The translations under genes were made by a program, and so were the position numbers. Shown one piece after another: positions 1-10,221 of a stretch of DNA of 64,000 nucleotides. Numbering within the stretch: the stretch's first letter is position 1; the number at the start of each line of letters is the position of its first letter. A model generated the notes under the pieces. It saw only the letters and a list, made by a program, of their open reading frames with translations. It had not been told where the DNA came from and made no database searches. This DNA comes from an uncultured Chlorobiaceae bacterium (GTDB lineage Bacteria; Bacteroidota; Chlorobiia; Chlorobiales; Chlorobiaceae). Location of the stretch: contig CAIXLG010000081.1 of the NCBI GenBank assembly GCA_903920215.1, forward strand, positions 1,714-65,713. Reading direction: 5' to 3'.

Positions 1-1
1 A

Positions 2-1288
2 AAGTCCCAAAATCCTTTTCTCGTAGAGATACTTCGAATGGAATCCAATGCGGTCATTGTTCGTAAACCCGATCCTTTCCAGGAGGCAGCTGAATATTTT
101 CGCATAAAAAATATGCAGTATGCCCAGGCCTCATGCCTTTTGATGCTTGGCGGAAGCAAATCGCTTAAAGATGAGGAGCGGATCAGGGCGTTGCAGCAGG
201 GGGTTTCAATCAACACAAATTACGCACCGCCTTATCCGACAAATGAACTGCTTGAGCTGGAAAAAAAATCAAGACATCGTCTTACAGGTTTGCTGCTTGA
301 AAAGTCGAGAATTTTTGAACTGTTTGATGCCGGTGAACAAGCAGGCAATATCGACCTGCAGCGGTTATTGCAGATTTACAGAAAAAGCTTCAGCCTTGGC
401 AAAGGTCATGAAGCTCTCGAAACAAAAATTTCTCAATTACAGCACGAGATTTCCGCACTGCTTCAGCGGAAAGCCGATATTTTCATCCGCGCAGAAGGAT
501 CTGAAAAAAACAGGAGTGCCGATCGGGCTCTTAACATCAAAAGAGGTCGGTTAATTGAACTGCTTCCCCAGGTGAGGGCCATAAATCCAGTTGCAGCTGA
601 AGCTATCCAGCTTATCCCGGTAACACTTCGTACAGTTCAGGCTGCTCTGAAGGATGATCAGGCGATAATAAAACCATTGATGTCCGACAGCCTTTGCGGG
701 TCCATGCTCATAGGCAGAAGGCAGTTGCAGATAGCTCGAAGCGGCGTTTGCTTTGATTCACTTAATACTCCTGCTTCAAAAATAGAGGCATTCAAAAGTG
801 AACTTGCCAGCCCTCAACAGAGTACTACTGAGCGTGAGTGGTTCAGCAAAGCGTTTTATGAACCTATTGCCGGGTCAATTGCAAGCTACAAGCATCTTAT
901 TTTTATCAGTAACGATCTTTTTCCCTTCCATATTTTGAGTATGAATAACAATTCTGTTCCTGAAAAAAGATATTCATACCTCAATTCGCTTAAAGAGTTT
1001 TCTTTATTATCTGAGCGACCGGAATCGGCACAGACTCTTTCCGGAATTTTATTCTTTAGTCCGGCTAAGGTTACAGGAGCAAGGCTCCAAAAACTGTTTT
1101 TTCCGCACGACAGAGTTTTTATTCTCTGGAAAAACCTTAACGGAGTTGAGATTGGAGCTATTCGTCAACAGATCAGTCAAGAGATGCAGGGGACGGTTTC
1201 CGGATCAGAAGCCTTGTTTTCTCTTGGGGTAAACTCTGATGTTGCCCGTGAAATCCTTATGAATATTTCCTCATACGGAATTGATTAA
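2..1288 (+). CDS. 5'-truncated large protein, C-terminal part resembling a degenerate CHAT-domain/TPR-associated protein
   Basis: The frame is open from the window edge (KSQNPFLVEILRM...), so the real start lies upstream. It has helical/coiled-coil segments, then 'HLIFISNDLFPFHIL' and 'YSYLNSL', reminiscent of CHAT N-terminal motifs. Confidence 0.55.
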   Translation, partial: KSQNPFLVEILRMESNAVIVRKPDPFQEAAEYFRIKNMQYAQASCLLMLGGSKSLKDEERIRALQQGVSINTNYAPPYPTNELLELEKKSRHRLTGLLLEKSRIFELFDAGEQAGNIDLQRLLQIYRKSFSLGKGHEALETKISQLQHEISALLQRKADIFIRAEGSEKNRSADRALNIKRGRLIELLPQVRAINPVAAEAIQLIPVTLRTVQAALKDDQAIIKPLMSDSLCGSMLIGRRQLQIARSGVCFDSLNTPASKIEAFKSELASPQQSTTEREWFSKAFYEPIAGSIASYKHLIFISNDLFPFHILSMNNNSVPEKRYSYLNSLKEFSLLSERPESAQTLSGILFFSPAKVTGARLQKLFFPHDRVFILWKNLNGVEIGAIRQQISQEMQGTVSGSEALFSLGVNSDVAREILMNISSYGID

Positions 1289-1462
1289 GGAGGAAATAAA
1301 GAGGTTTTTCAGAAATACTCGTTTTGTTGCTTTTATGAAAAACTTTTACTGATTTGAGAATAAAAACACCCTTCCCTTTATATGCGTCTGGGCTTTTTTG
1401 TAAATTTACAGGGCTGAAATTTTTTGCATTTCCTTGGGTTATCGTAAGTGGGTTTGTTTCCT

Positions 1463-2446
1463 ATGATTGAGCAGGCATCAAGCAGCAAAGCATTGGAGCT
1501 TCTTTCACGGGAGCTGCAAAATGCAAGAATCGAAAAAAACCTTTCCCTGGAAGATGTCAGCCGCTTGACCACGGTTCACAAGAATCATCTTGAAAAAATC
1601 GAAGAAGGCGATTTCTGCTTTCTGCCAAAGGCCTATGTTTTTACCTATATCAAGGCCTATGCTCTCTTGATGGGAGTTGGCAACGATGAAACTTTTGAAC
1701 AATGCAAAAGGGAGCTGCAGCTGACCAGCGCCCTCAAGCGTGACGTTGCAATTGATCCAGCTTCCAGCAAGAAGGAAAAACGCCCGGGCAGGGATACAAA
1801 CTTTCGGGATTTCCGGTTTCCCCAATCTTTAGTCTTGTTGATCACCGGCATTCTTTTCGTTGCTGTTGGCGCTCTTGCATTCTTTTATTTTAACGGGCAG
1901 TTTCACTTTTCAGATACTCACTCCCGCGTTGTTGTTCCCCCCCCTTTTGCAACTGCGGGAGATACGGTCGCTGTGGCCGAACCGATTGTCGATTCTCTTC
2001 AGATTTCCGCTTTGAATAAACCGGCTCTCAATGCCGCATTGTCATCTCCTGCTTCTCAAGTTCCGACCAAGGTTGATTCTGCAGCGGCCTCTCCTCCTGT
2101 TACTGCCGCAACACCAGCACCCGTTTCATCTGTATCAGTGATATCTGCCACTGCTTCCAATTCCGGTGAGTGGGCAAAAAACGTTTCTTTTCTGCCATCC
2201 TCTGCCACTTCTCCATACCGGAAGGTTCTTGTTATCCGCATGATTGACGAATATTCATGGGTCAAGGTTATCGCCGATGACAGCTCAAGGGTCTATCCTG
2301 GCGGAAAGTTCAGCAGTGGTCAGGTGCTTCGATACGAAGCTCGAAAAAACTTCTGGGTTAACATAGGTCGCCCAAAATTTGTCGAGTTGTACCTCAACGG
2401 GAAAAAACTCCCTCCTTCAACGGAGCGCACTCTTATTATTAATTGA
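1463..2446 (+). CDS. RodZ-like helix-turn-helix membrane protein (HTH + TM + DUF4115-type C-terminus)
   Basis: N-terminal HTH 'ARIEKNLSLEDVSRLTTVHKNHLEKIEEGDF', single TM helix, Pro/Ala/Ser linker, C-terminal 'SWVKVIAD...NIGRPKFVELYLNGK'. ATG at 1463 preferred over GTG at 1448. Confidence 0.85.
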   Translation: MIEQASSSKALELLSRELQNARIEKNLSLEDVSRLTTVHKNHLEKIEEGDFCFLPKAYVFTYIKAYALLMGVGNDETFEQCKRELQLTSALKRDVAIDPASSKKEKRPGRDTNFRDFRFPQSLVLLITGILFVAVGALAFFYFNGQFHFSDTHSRVVVPPPFATAGDTVAVAEPIVDSLQISALNKPALNAALSSPASQVPTKVDSAAASPPVTAATPAPVSSVSVISATASNSGEWAKNVSFLPSSATSPYRKVLVIRMIDEYSWVKVIADDSSRVYPGGKFSSGQVLRYEARKNFWVNIGRPKFVELYLNGKKLPPSTERTLIIN

Positions 2447-2691
2447 GCTTTTTGGCGCAGAAAGCCTCTTTTTTTAAGGAGGGATTAGTTTTATTGGCAA
2501 AAACAGGATAAATTAAGTCTTGTTAGGAATTAATAGAGCTGTTTATACATTTCTTAATGCATAGTTCATTGGTATGCTTATAATTCCACAGAGAAGGTTG
2601 AAATTTTTTGATTTGAGACGAGCAGTTAACGCAATAAATAAAGTTTACCTTAGTAATGGCAAAAGCTTAAACCACGAATATTGAAAGTATT

Positions 2692-3897
2692 ATGGCAGAC
2701 ATGAAGGTTTATTTTGATAACAATGCCACGACGCCTCTGCATCCGGAAGTTAAAAATGAGATGATTGCGGCGATGGAAATGTTCGGCAATCCTTCCAGCA
2801 TGCATTCGTATGGACGTGAAGCAAGGGCAAACGTTGAGAATGCACGTCGCCAGGTTGCTGACTTTATCGGGGCCACCGAAAAAGAAATTGTTTTTGTCGG
2901 CAGCGGATCTGAAGCCAACAATACAGTACTCTCTCTTTTTGTCTGTGGCTCGAGCCAGTGTATTCCCGGTTCGAAAATGCGCAGTTCAATCATTACCACA
3001 AAAATTGAACATCCCTGTGTTCTGGAGACATCTGAATGCCTTGCTCACCGTGGTGTACGGGTAAAGTATCTTGATGTTGACCAGTATGGGAAAATCGATC
3101 TCGATCAATTGGCCGGGATGCTGGGAGATGATGTCGGTCTGGTCTCGATCATGATGGCAAACAATGAGATCGGTACCCTGCAGGATATTGAAACAATAGC
3201 TGAAATGGTCCATGCAAGCGGAGCATTGATGCATACAGATGCCGTGCAGGCTGTAGGTAAGGTCCCTGTTGATGTCAGATCACTCGGTGTTGATTTTCTT
3301 ACCATTTCAGCTCATAAGATATATGGCCCGAAAGGCATCGGTGCGTTGTTTGTGAAAAAAGGCGTACCCTACTGTCCATTGATACGGGGAGGCCATCAGG
3401 AGCTTGGCCGGCGAGCAGGTACAGAAAACACTCTCGGTATTCTCGGTCTTGCCAAGGCAGTTGAAATGAGAGCACTCGAAATGCCTGGGGAGGAGGATCG
3501 GTTGCTGGAGTTGAAGAACATACTCAGAAACGGGATTGAGAACAGTATCGATGATATTCATTTCAACGGTCATCCTACGGATTCATTAGCCAGTACGCTT
3601 AACGTCTCATTTTCAGGAGTGGAAGGAGAAGCTATTCTTCTCTATCTCGATCTTGAAGGTATTGCCGTCTCAACTGGATCGGCATGTGCATCCGGATCTC
3701 TGGACCCGTCACATGTGCTTCTTGCAACGGGTGTGGATGCCGAGCTTGCTCATGGGTCGATCCGGTTCAGTATGGGTCGCCAGACTACAAGGCAGGAGGT
3801 GGACTATGTCCTCAATGTGTTACCAAAAATAATTGAAAGAATCAGAAACATGTCAACGGCTTATATAAAAGGAGGATTGCATGCTGCAAGCAGGTGA
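2692..3897 (+). CDS. nifS: Cysteine desulfurase (NifS/IscS family)
   Basis: Motifs 'YFDNNATTP', PLP lysine 'SAHKIYGPKG' and catalytic Cys loop 'STGSACASGS'. Confidence 0.95.
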   Translation: MADMKVYFDNNATTPLHPEVKNEMIAAMEMFGNPSSMHSYGREARANVENARRQVADFIGATEKEIVFVGSGSEANNTVLSLFVCGSSQCIPGSKMRSSIITTKIEHPCVLETSECLAHRGVRVKYLDVDQYGKIDLDQLAGMLGDDVGLVSIMMANNEIGTLQDIETIAEMVHASGALMHTDAVQAVGKVPVDVRSLGVDFLTISAHKIYGPKGIGALFVKKGVPYCPLIRGGHQELGRRAGTENTLGILGLAKAVEMRALEMPGEEDRLLELKNILRNGIENSIDDIHFNGHPTDSLASTLNVSFSGVEGEAILLYLDLEGIAVSTGSACASGSLDPSHVLLATGVDAELAHGSIRFSMGRQTTRQEVDYVLNVLPKIIERIRNMSTAYIKGGLHAASR

Positions 3898-4492
3898 TTG
3901 GGCATATAGTGAAACACTGAAGGAACATTTCATGAACCCGAAGAATATTCTTCAGGGTGAGGATACCGATGCATTTGATGGCGTTGGTATGGAAGGGAAC
4001 CTGCAGTGCGGGGATCAGATGATGGTGGTGATAAAGGTGGACAAGCAGAAAGAGGTGATCACTGACTGTCAGTGGAAAACCTATGGTTGCGCAAGTGCTA
4101 TTGCCAGTACCTCTATTCTTTCTGAAATGGTAAAGGGCAGGACGCTCGATCAGGCATTTCATATTTCACCCAAAGAGGTAGCAGAGGCACTCGGAGGACT
4201 GCCGGATCACAAAATTCACTGTTCAGTACTTGGTGATAAGGCGTTGCGTGCGTCCATAAATAACTACTATACCCGCAACGGTCAGGAGGACAAGGTTAAG
4301 CAGGAACAGGTCAAGGTGATCTGCCAGTGCATGAGTATTACCGATCATGATATAGAGGATGCAGTTCTTGAAGGGGCCCGTACTTATTTTGAACTGCAGG
4401 AGCGAACAAAGCTTGGCACAGTATGTGGTCAGTGCAAAGACGAAGCTGAAGTCCTGCTTGAAAAATTCAAGCATATTCATTTCGGAGTCTGA
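3881..4492 (+). CDS. nifU: NifU/IscU-type Fe-S scaffold with C-terminal BFD-like [2Fe-2S] domain
   Basis: IscU cysteines 'QCGD', 'YGCASAIAS', 'KIHCS' and C-terminal 'ICQC...GTVCGQC'. Overlaps the end of nifS by 17 nt. Confidence 0.9.
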   Translation: MLQAGDWAYSETLKEHFMNPKNILQGEDTDAFDGVGMEGNLQCGDQMMVVIKVDKQKEVITDCQWKTYGCASAIASTSILSEMVKGRTLDQAFHISPKEVAEALGGLPDHKIHCSVLGDKALRASINNYYTRNGQEDKVKQEQVKVICQCMSITDHDIEDAVLEGARTYFELQERTKLGTVCGQCKDEAEVLLEKFKHIHFGV

Positions 4493-4556
4493 TCGGTAGA
4501 TGTTAAAAGCATGCCTGGGAAGTACGTTACTCGTGCTTCCTGAAAGCGGCAGATGT

Positions 4557-4594
4557 AAACGATGGGGGACGATTATGTCTCCCATCGTTTTTTT
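4557..4594 (+). terminator. Intrinsic terminator after nifS-nifU
   Basis: aaacgatgggggac-gattat-gtctcccatcgttt followed by a T run. Confidence 0.8.
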
Positions 4595-4643
4595 GTTGGC
4601 ATCAAAATTCTGGCAGCGATTAATATCTTTCAATTAAGGTACT

Positions 4644-5084
4644 ATGGAGATAACCAGGCATAAAACGGTGATTTTTTTTGTTACCCTTGCTGTAACAGCC
4701 TTTTTTACCAATTTCTGCTGGGAGTCTCTGCACGGCCTACTCTATAAGGCACACCCGGGAATGCCTGCTTCGGCCTATGTGCCAATGATGCTCACGATGG
4801 CAGCTATGGACTCTCTTGGTATAACAGGGCTATACTTCTTTACCGCTTTCGTTGCTCACAGATGGTTTTGGGAGCTTGGTTTATTGAATAGTTTGTGCTT
4901 TTTTCTCTCCGGCATTGTTTCTGCCTTTGCTGTTGAGTACGTCAGTATATTTGTGTTGCATCTGTGGCAGTATGCCCCTTCAATGCCGGTCTTGTTTGGT
5001 ATAGGGCTTATCCCCCTTTTTCAGCTCTCGCTTACCGGTCTTTTATCCGTTTTTGTTGCCCGAAAAGTTGCCGGGGAAGAGTGA
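4644..5084 (+). CDS. Hypothetical integral membrane protein (about 4 TM helices)
   Basis: 146-aa ORF filling the gap, with several hydrophobic helices and 'NFCWESLH' and 'PLFQ' motifs. Confidence 0.7.
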   Translation: MEITRHKTVIFFVTLAVTAFFTNFCWESLHGLLYKAHPGMPASAYVPMMLTMAAMDSLGITGLYFFTAFVAHRWFWELGLLNSLCFFLSGIVSAFAVEYVSIFVLHLWQYAPSMPVLFGIGLIPLFQLSLTGLLSVFVARKVAGEE

Positions 5085-5162
5085 TTATTTCGGGTAGTGG
5101 GGCATCTTTTGTACAAATGGTTACTATTTTGGAATAATTCGTTACGGGAAGAAACAACATAC

Positions 5163-6509
5163 ATGATGAGAACAGGCGGAAATAACACTTTTTATATTCA
5201 TACGTTCGGCTGCCAGATGAACCATGCTGACTCCGGAATCATAACAGCGTTACTGCAACAGGAAGGGTATTCTCCCGCAGAAAGTGAGGATGACGCTGGA
5301 ATTATTCTGCTTAATACCTGTGCTGTCAGGGAGCATGCCGTCGATCGTATTGAAAATTATCTGCAGCATCTTCATGGGTTGAAAAAAAGACACAAGGGCC
5401 TGATTGTCGGTGTGGCCGGGTGTGTGCCACAGTTCCAGCGCCAGGATATGTTTTCAATCTCTCCGGCAATTGATTTTCTTGCCGGACCTGATACCTACCG
5501 ATCCCTTCCATTGCTTATTGAACAGGTTCGAGCCGGTCTGAAGCCAGCCGCAGTAGAGTTTGATTCAGCTGAAACCTATGAAGGTATAGATCCTGTCAGA
5601 CAGGGGTCGATCAGTGCGTTTGTTCCGGTGATGAGGGGGTGTAACAACATGTGTGCTTTTTGCGTTGTGCCGTTCACCCGCGGTCGGGAGCGCAGCCATC
5701 CATTCAGTTCAGTCATCGGTGAAGTCCGGCAGCTTGTTGCTTCAGGGTACCGCGAAATTACCCTGCTGGGACAAAATGTCAATTCATACTGCGATCCTGA
5801 AGAGGGCCGTAACTTTGCCGCTCTCCTCGATGCGGTCAGTTGTGAGGCGCCCAAGCAGAGGATCCGGTTTTCAACTTCACATCCGAAAGATATCTCCGAG
5901 GCGCTTGTGCGTACTATTGCCGATCGACAGAACATCTGCAATCACGTCCATCTGCCGGTGCAATCAGGTTCTTCAAGAATGCTTGGCCTTATGAACCGGG
6001 GGCACTCAATTGAAGAGTACAGGGAAAAAATAGCCTTGATTCGAGAGGTTATTCCGGGAGTTGTACTTACAACGGATCTTATTGCTGGATTTTGCGGTGA
6101 AGAGGAGGAGGATCATCAGGCAACGCTGGAACTTCTCTCAGACGTACGGTTTGATTTAGCCTACATGTTTTTTTACTCTGAAAGACCTGGAACCCTTGCA
6201 GCGCGTACGCTTGAGGATGATGTTCCTGAAGCAGTAAAAAAAAGAAGGTTGCAGGAGATTATTGATCTGCAGAACACGATCTCAGAAGAGTTGTATCAAG
6301 GTACCATTGGGACAGTTGTTGAGGTTCTTGCTGAATCAGAAAGCAAACGATCTTCACAGCAGCTGATGGGACGTACTGACACCAATCGGGTTGTTGTTTT
6401 TGACCGGGAACACTTTCAGGCAGGCGAACGACTGCATGTGCTCATTACTTCCGCAACGTCAGCAACATTGATAGGTAAACCGCTGCATTCCGGTATTCAT
6501 CTCTCTTGA
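5163..6509 (+). CDS. miaB: tRNA-2-methylthio-N6-dimethylallyladenosine synthase
   Basis: UPF0004 'TFGCQMN' and 'LNTCAVRE', radical SAM '[12 protein letters not shown]', C-terminal TRAM domain. ATG at 5163 preferred. Confidence 0.95.
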   Translation: MMRTGGNNTFYIHTFGCQMNHADSGIITALLQQEGYSPAESEDDAGIILLNTCAVREHAVDRIENYLQHLHGLKKRHKGLIVGVAGCVPQFQRQDMFSISPAIDFLAGPDTYRSLPLLIEQVRAGLKPAAVEFDSAETYEGIDPVRQGSISAFVPVMRGCNNMCAFCVVPFTRGRERSHPFSSVIGEVRQLVASGYREITLLGQNVNSYCDPEEGRNFAALLDAVSCEAPKQRIRFSTSHPKDISEALVRTIADRQNICNHVHLPVQSGSSRMLGLMNRGHSIEEYREKIALIREVIPGVVLTTDLIAGFCGEEEEDHQATLELLSDVRFDLAYMFFYSERPGTLAARTLEDDVPEAVKKRRLQEIIDLQNTISEELYQGTIGTVVEVLAESESKRSSQQLMGRTDTNRVVVFDREHFQAGERLHVLITSATSATLIGKPLHSGIHLS

Positions 6510-6510
6510 C

Positions 6511-6534
6511 CAGGCAAGGCTGAATCCTTGCCTG
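6511..6534. other. Stem-loop between miaB and bchK
   Basis: caggcaagg-ctgaat-ccttgcctg, a perfect 9-bp stem without an immediate U-tract. Confidence 0.5.
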
Positions 6535-6631
6535 ATTAAGAGTTTTTTATCTGGAGCTGGATTTGTAAATTGTCGTTTTAAAATCATTAGCTAAAAAAGC
6601 TCGTATCAGGGCTTTGGAGATAAATATCAGT

Positions 6632-7639
6632 ATGTCAGTTCCCGTAAAACTTGGGTTGGTCGATAAAGTAAGAGCACATCTTGAATTGCTTGATCCTGTT
6701 ACCTGGATCAGCGTTTTTCCCTGCCTCGCTGGTGGAGTTATGGCTTCGGGGGCCATGCAGCCAACCGTTCACGACTATCTTCTGCTGCTAGCCATTTTTC
6801 TGATGTTTGGCCCTCTTGGTACCGGTTTCAGCCAGTCAGTCAATGACTATTTTGATCTTGAACTTGACAGGGTCAATGAACCGTCCCGTCCAATTCCTTC
6901 AGGCCGTTTGACTGAAATGGAAGCTTTAGGGAACAGCATTGTCGCCCTGTTGCTTGCCATGGGTATAGGAGTGTTTATCGGAGTGCATATCGGTGGAGTT
7001 CGTGGTCTGGTGATTGTCTTGTCAATCATGGCAGCTCTTTTTGTTGCCTATATTTATTCCGCTCCCCCTCTCAAACTGAAAAAAAATATTCTCACCTCTG
7101 CTCCCGCTGTAGGCTTTTCCTATGGGTTTGTTTCTTTTTTGTCGGCCAATGCCCTGTTCGGCGATATTCGTCCTGAAGCTCTATGGCTTGCAAGCCTGAA
7201 CTTTTTTATGGCGGTTGCCTTGATCATTCTTAACGATTTCAAGTCGGCGGAAGGCGATAAGGAAGGGGGGCTCAAGTCCCTGACGGTAATGATCGGTGCC
7301 AGAAATACCTTTCTCGTCTCATTTTTGATTATTGACCTTGTTTTTGGAGTAATGGCATACCTTTCGTTTACCTGGGGTTTTATGATACCGACAGTTTTTG
7401 TTTTAATCGGTCTTGCGCTCAACCTCTCCATTCAGGTGCAGCTTTTACGTGATCCAAAAGGCGGATTATCATTTGTGAAAGGTGCTGTTGAAGACGGATT
7501 CGGTCATTCAATCGGTAAGAGCGATGTTCAGGAACACAACACATTTCTCCGCTTTCAGGTGATAAATAATATCCTGTTTTTACTCACCAATCTGATTGTT
7601 GCTGGAATGGTTGGATTGAAATACATTAAAGGAATATGA
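6632..7639 (+). CDS. bchK: Bacteriochlorophyll synthase (UbiA family), most likely the BChl c synthase
   Basis: UbiA motif 'NDYFDLELDRVNEPSRPIPSG' and 'NDFKSAEGD'. The paralogue call (bchK rather than bchG/chlG) rests on recalled Chlorobiaceae synteny with miaB and hisG. Confidence 0.8.
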   Translation: MSVPVKLGLVDKVRAHLELLDPVTWISVFPCLAGGVMASGAMQPTVHDYLLLLAIFLMFGPLGTGFSQSVNDYFDLELDRVNEPSRPIPSGRLTEMEALGNSIVALLLAMGIGVFIGVHIGGVRGLVIVLSIMAALFVAYIYSAPPLKLKKNILTSAPAVGFSYGFVSFLSANALFGDIRPEALWLASLNFFMAVALIILNDFKSAEGDKEGGLKSLTVMIGARNTFLVSFLIIDLVFGVMAYLSFTWGFMIPTVFVLIGLALNLSIQVQLLRDPKGGLSFVKGAVEDGFGHSIGKSDVQEHNTFLRFQVINNILFLLTNLIVAGMVGLKYIKGI

Positions 7640-7775
7640 ACGAGAGGTAGTGTCCAGTTTCTACCGGCATCAAGAGGGTTACAGTGGCAGGATTTTTTTG
7701 GAGATCGGTGAACCAGTCTATTTTCAATAATTTCATTGTTCAGGAACTAGAGTAATCTTAAACCATTATGATGCT

Positions 7776-8489
7776 ATGAATGCTCTTCAAGCAACCTTTT
7801 TTTCGCTTCCAGTTGTATGGCATAATGCACTGGTTACCTTGCTGACGTTTGTCTATGTGTTCAGCGTTCCTCCGCTTATGGATTACCTTGTAACCAATCA
7901 TGCGCTTCCAAGGGATATCAGTCGCAAGATTACCCACATCTGTGCAGGTTCAGCAATTATTTTTCTTCCGCTTTTTAATGACCTGGGCCGCTCCCATTTT
8001 CTTAATATCACCGTTTTTGCGGTATGGACCGTCCTGCTGATCCAGAAGGGATTATTTGCAGCAGAAGACGATCAGGCGGTGAAAACCATGACCCGTACCG
8101 GAGACAAGCGTGAACTGCTCAAAGGAACACTCTATTTTGTTATTGTGGCTATGATATGCGGCACTCTCTATTACAAACAGTTCGCTGGAGTACTGGCAAT
8201 GGCCATTCTTGGATGGGGAGATGGTCTTGCTCCTATTATCGGCACCCGTTACGGCAAATTGAAATATCGTGTGCTCAGTGATAAAAGTGTCGAAGGCAGT
8301 CTTGCCTTTCTTGTGGGCAGTATTTTTGCCGGCTTGTTTTTTGTCCGGTTTATCGTGCCTGAATCGTTTGATGCGGTAAAGATAGTTACTATTGCAGTGA
8401 TTGCCACGATTGTGGAAGGTATAAGCCCTAAAGAGGCTGATAACCTTACCATTCCTCTTGCAGTTATTGTCGCAGCCCGGTTTTTATGA
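7776..8489 (+). CDS. Polyprenol (phytol/farnesol/dolichol) kinase-like membrane protein, CTP_transf_1 family
   Basis: Motifs 'SRKITHI', 'GWGDGLAPIIG', 'KSVEGSLAF' and 'DNLTIPL', with multiple TM helices. Confidence 0.8.
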   Translation: MNALQATFFSLPVVWHNALVTLLTFVYVFSVPPLMDYLVTNHALPRDISRKITHICAGSAIIFLPLFNDLGRSHFLNITVFAVWTVLLIQKGLFAAEDDQAVKTMTRTGDKRELLKGTLYFVIVAMICGTLYYKQFAGVLAMAILGWGDGLAPIIGTRYGKLKYRVLSDKSVEGSLAFLVGSIFAGLFFVRFIVPESFDAVKIVTIAVIATIVEGISPKEADNLTIPLAVIVAARFL

Positions 8490-8498
8490 AATGAACGC

Positions 8499-9245
8499 AT
8501 GAAAACGGGGGATATGCCGGCAACTTATTTTATCAGTGACATTCATATAGGACTGCAGGACAAAAAAAGCGAGCAGCTCAAGCTTGACAACCTCGAACGG
8601 CTTTTTGCCATTATCAGGGCAGATGGCCGTTCGCTTTATATGCTTGGAGATATTCTTGACTACTGGATGGAGTTCCGTCATCTCATTCCAAAGGGGTTTT
8701 CCCGGTTTATTTGTTTATTGTCCGATCTTGTTCGCCATAATATAGAGGTGGTTTATGTCGCCGGAAACCATGATTTTTATCTTGGGCGATATTTTGATGA
8801 AGAGCTTGGGGTAAAAACGATGTATGGTATGCAGGAACGGCTGATTGATGGCCGTAAATTTCTGCTTGCTCATGGAGATGGTCTGGGGAAAGGGGATATT
8901 GGTTACAAGCTTTTTGCCCGGCTTGTAAGGAACCGTTTTAATCTCTCTCTTTTGGAGTTTCATCCCGATCTTTCTATCGGTTTGATGAAAAATTTATCGA
9001 AGTTTAGCCGAGAACATCAAACAAAAGGGGATCGTGTTTTTAAAACGGATCGGTTATTGGAATTTGCAGAATCGCTGGCGGCAGAAAAGAAGTTTGATTA
9101 TTTTGTTTGCGGTCATAATCATGTTCAGGGCATAAAGGAGCTCTCTGTTCCTCATTGCAGGTATGTCAATCTTGGATCGTGGATTGACGGTAGTTTGCCT
9201 TACGGAGTTTTTAAAAATGGTGTTTTTCAACTCAAAGAGTTATAA
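8499..9245 (+). CDS. lpxH: UDP-2,3-diacylglucosamine diphosphatase-like metallophosphoesterase
   Basis: Calcineurin-like motifs 'FISDIH', 'LGDILD', 'GNHD', 'HGD', 'GHNH' and 'NLGSW'. Confidence 0.8.
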   Translation: MKTGDMPATYFISDIHIGLQDKKSEQLKLDNLERLFAIIRADGRSLYMLGDILDYWMEFRHLIPKGFSRFICLLSDLVRHNIEVVYVAGNHDFYLGRYFDEELGVKTMYGMQERLIDGRKFLLAHGDGLGKGDIGYKLFARLVRNRFNLSLLEFHPDLSIGLMKNLSKFSREHQTKGDRVFKTDRLLEFAESLAAEKKFDYFVCGHNHVQGIKELSVPHCRYVNLGSWIDGSLPYGVFKNGVFQLKEL

Positions 9246-9270
9246 CGTTAATTTATAGACAGCTGATGCT

Positions 9271-10155
9271 ATGAGTAATTCAAACAAGGTTCTGAAACTT
9301 GGTTTGCCGAAAGGAAGTCTGCAGGATTCAACAATAGATCTCTTTGCACATGCAGGATTTCATTTTTCTGTTCAGAGTCGATCCTATTTTCCCTCAATAG
9401 ATGATGATGAGTTGGAAGCCATACTTATCAGGGCTCAGGAAATGGCTCACTATGTCGAACTTGGTGCCTTTGATGTCGGGTTGACCGGCAAAGACTGGAT
9501 CATCGAAACAGATGCCGATGTAGTTGAAGTTGCTGATCTTGTCTATTCAAAAGCTTCCATGAGGCCTGTTCGCTGGGTGCTTTGCGTTCCTGAAAACTCA
9601 CCTGTTCAGTCGGTAAAAGACCTTGAAGGCAAGCATATTGCTACCGAAGTTGTCAATATTACCAAGAAATACCTTGCAAAGAACGGGGTTAATGCTTTGG
9701 TCGAGTTCAGCTGGGGAGCCACTGAAGTCAAACCGCCTGACTTGGCCGATGCCATTGTCGAAGTGACTGAAACAGGTTCTTCGCTCAGGGCGAACAAGCT
9801 CAGAATTGTTGATACTATTCTCGAGTCGAACACAAAATTGATTGCCAATAAAAAATCATGGAATGATCCATGGAAGCGCGAGAAGATAGAAAATATGGCC
9901 ATGCTGCTTCAAGGCGCAATTAATGCCCAGGGAAAGGTCGGACTGAAAATGAATGCGCCAAAATTTTCGCTGGACAAGATTATTGCAATTATTCCAGCCT
10001 TGCGTCAGCCGACAATATCGCATCTTTCTGAAGAAGGGTGGGTGGCACTTGAAGTTATCGTTAAAGAAAAAATAGTTCGTCATCTTATTCCGGAACTGAA
10101 AAGAGCCGGCGCAGAGGGAATCTTTGAGTATGATATCAATAAACTGATTGATTGA
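9271..10155 (+). CDS. hisG: ATP phosphoribosyltransferase (long form)
   Basis: Motifs 'LGLPKGSL', 'DVGLTGKD', 'GATEVKP' and '[17 protein letters not shown]', plus C-terminal regulatory domain. Confidence 0.95.
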   Translation: MSNSNKVLKLGLPKGSLQDSTIDLFAHAGFHFSVQSRSYFPSIDDDELEAILIRAQEMAHYVELGAFDVGLTGKDWIIETDADVVEVADLVYSKASMRPVRWVLCVPENSPVQSVKDLEGKHIATEVVNITKKYLAKNGVNALVEFSWGATEVKPPDLADAIVEVTETGSSLRANKLRIVDTILESNTKLIANKKSWNDPWKREKIENMAMLLQGAINAQGKVGLKMNAPKFSLDKIIAIIPALRQPTISHLSEEGWVALEVIVKEKIVRHLIPELKRAGAEGIFEYDINKLID

Positions 10156-10185
10156 AAGGTTTTACGGTTATACTCTTGAACTTGC

Positions 10186-10212
10186 AGGCTGCCCGAAAGG
10201 GTGGCCTTTTTT
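10186..10212 (+). terminator. Intrinsic terminator after hisG
   Basis: aggctgccc-gaaa-gggtggcct followed by a T run. Confidence 0.7.
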
Positions 10213-10221
10213 ATAGTGCCT

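Noticed and set aside
1270-1354. Possible frameshifted continuation of the first ORF (...FVAFMKNFY*)
   Set aside because: It adds only about 25 codons with a weak resemblance to a CHAT C-terminal helix and no slippery site. Insufficient to call a pseudogene.
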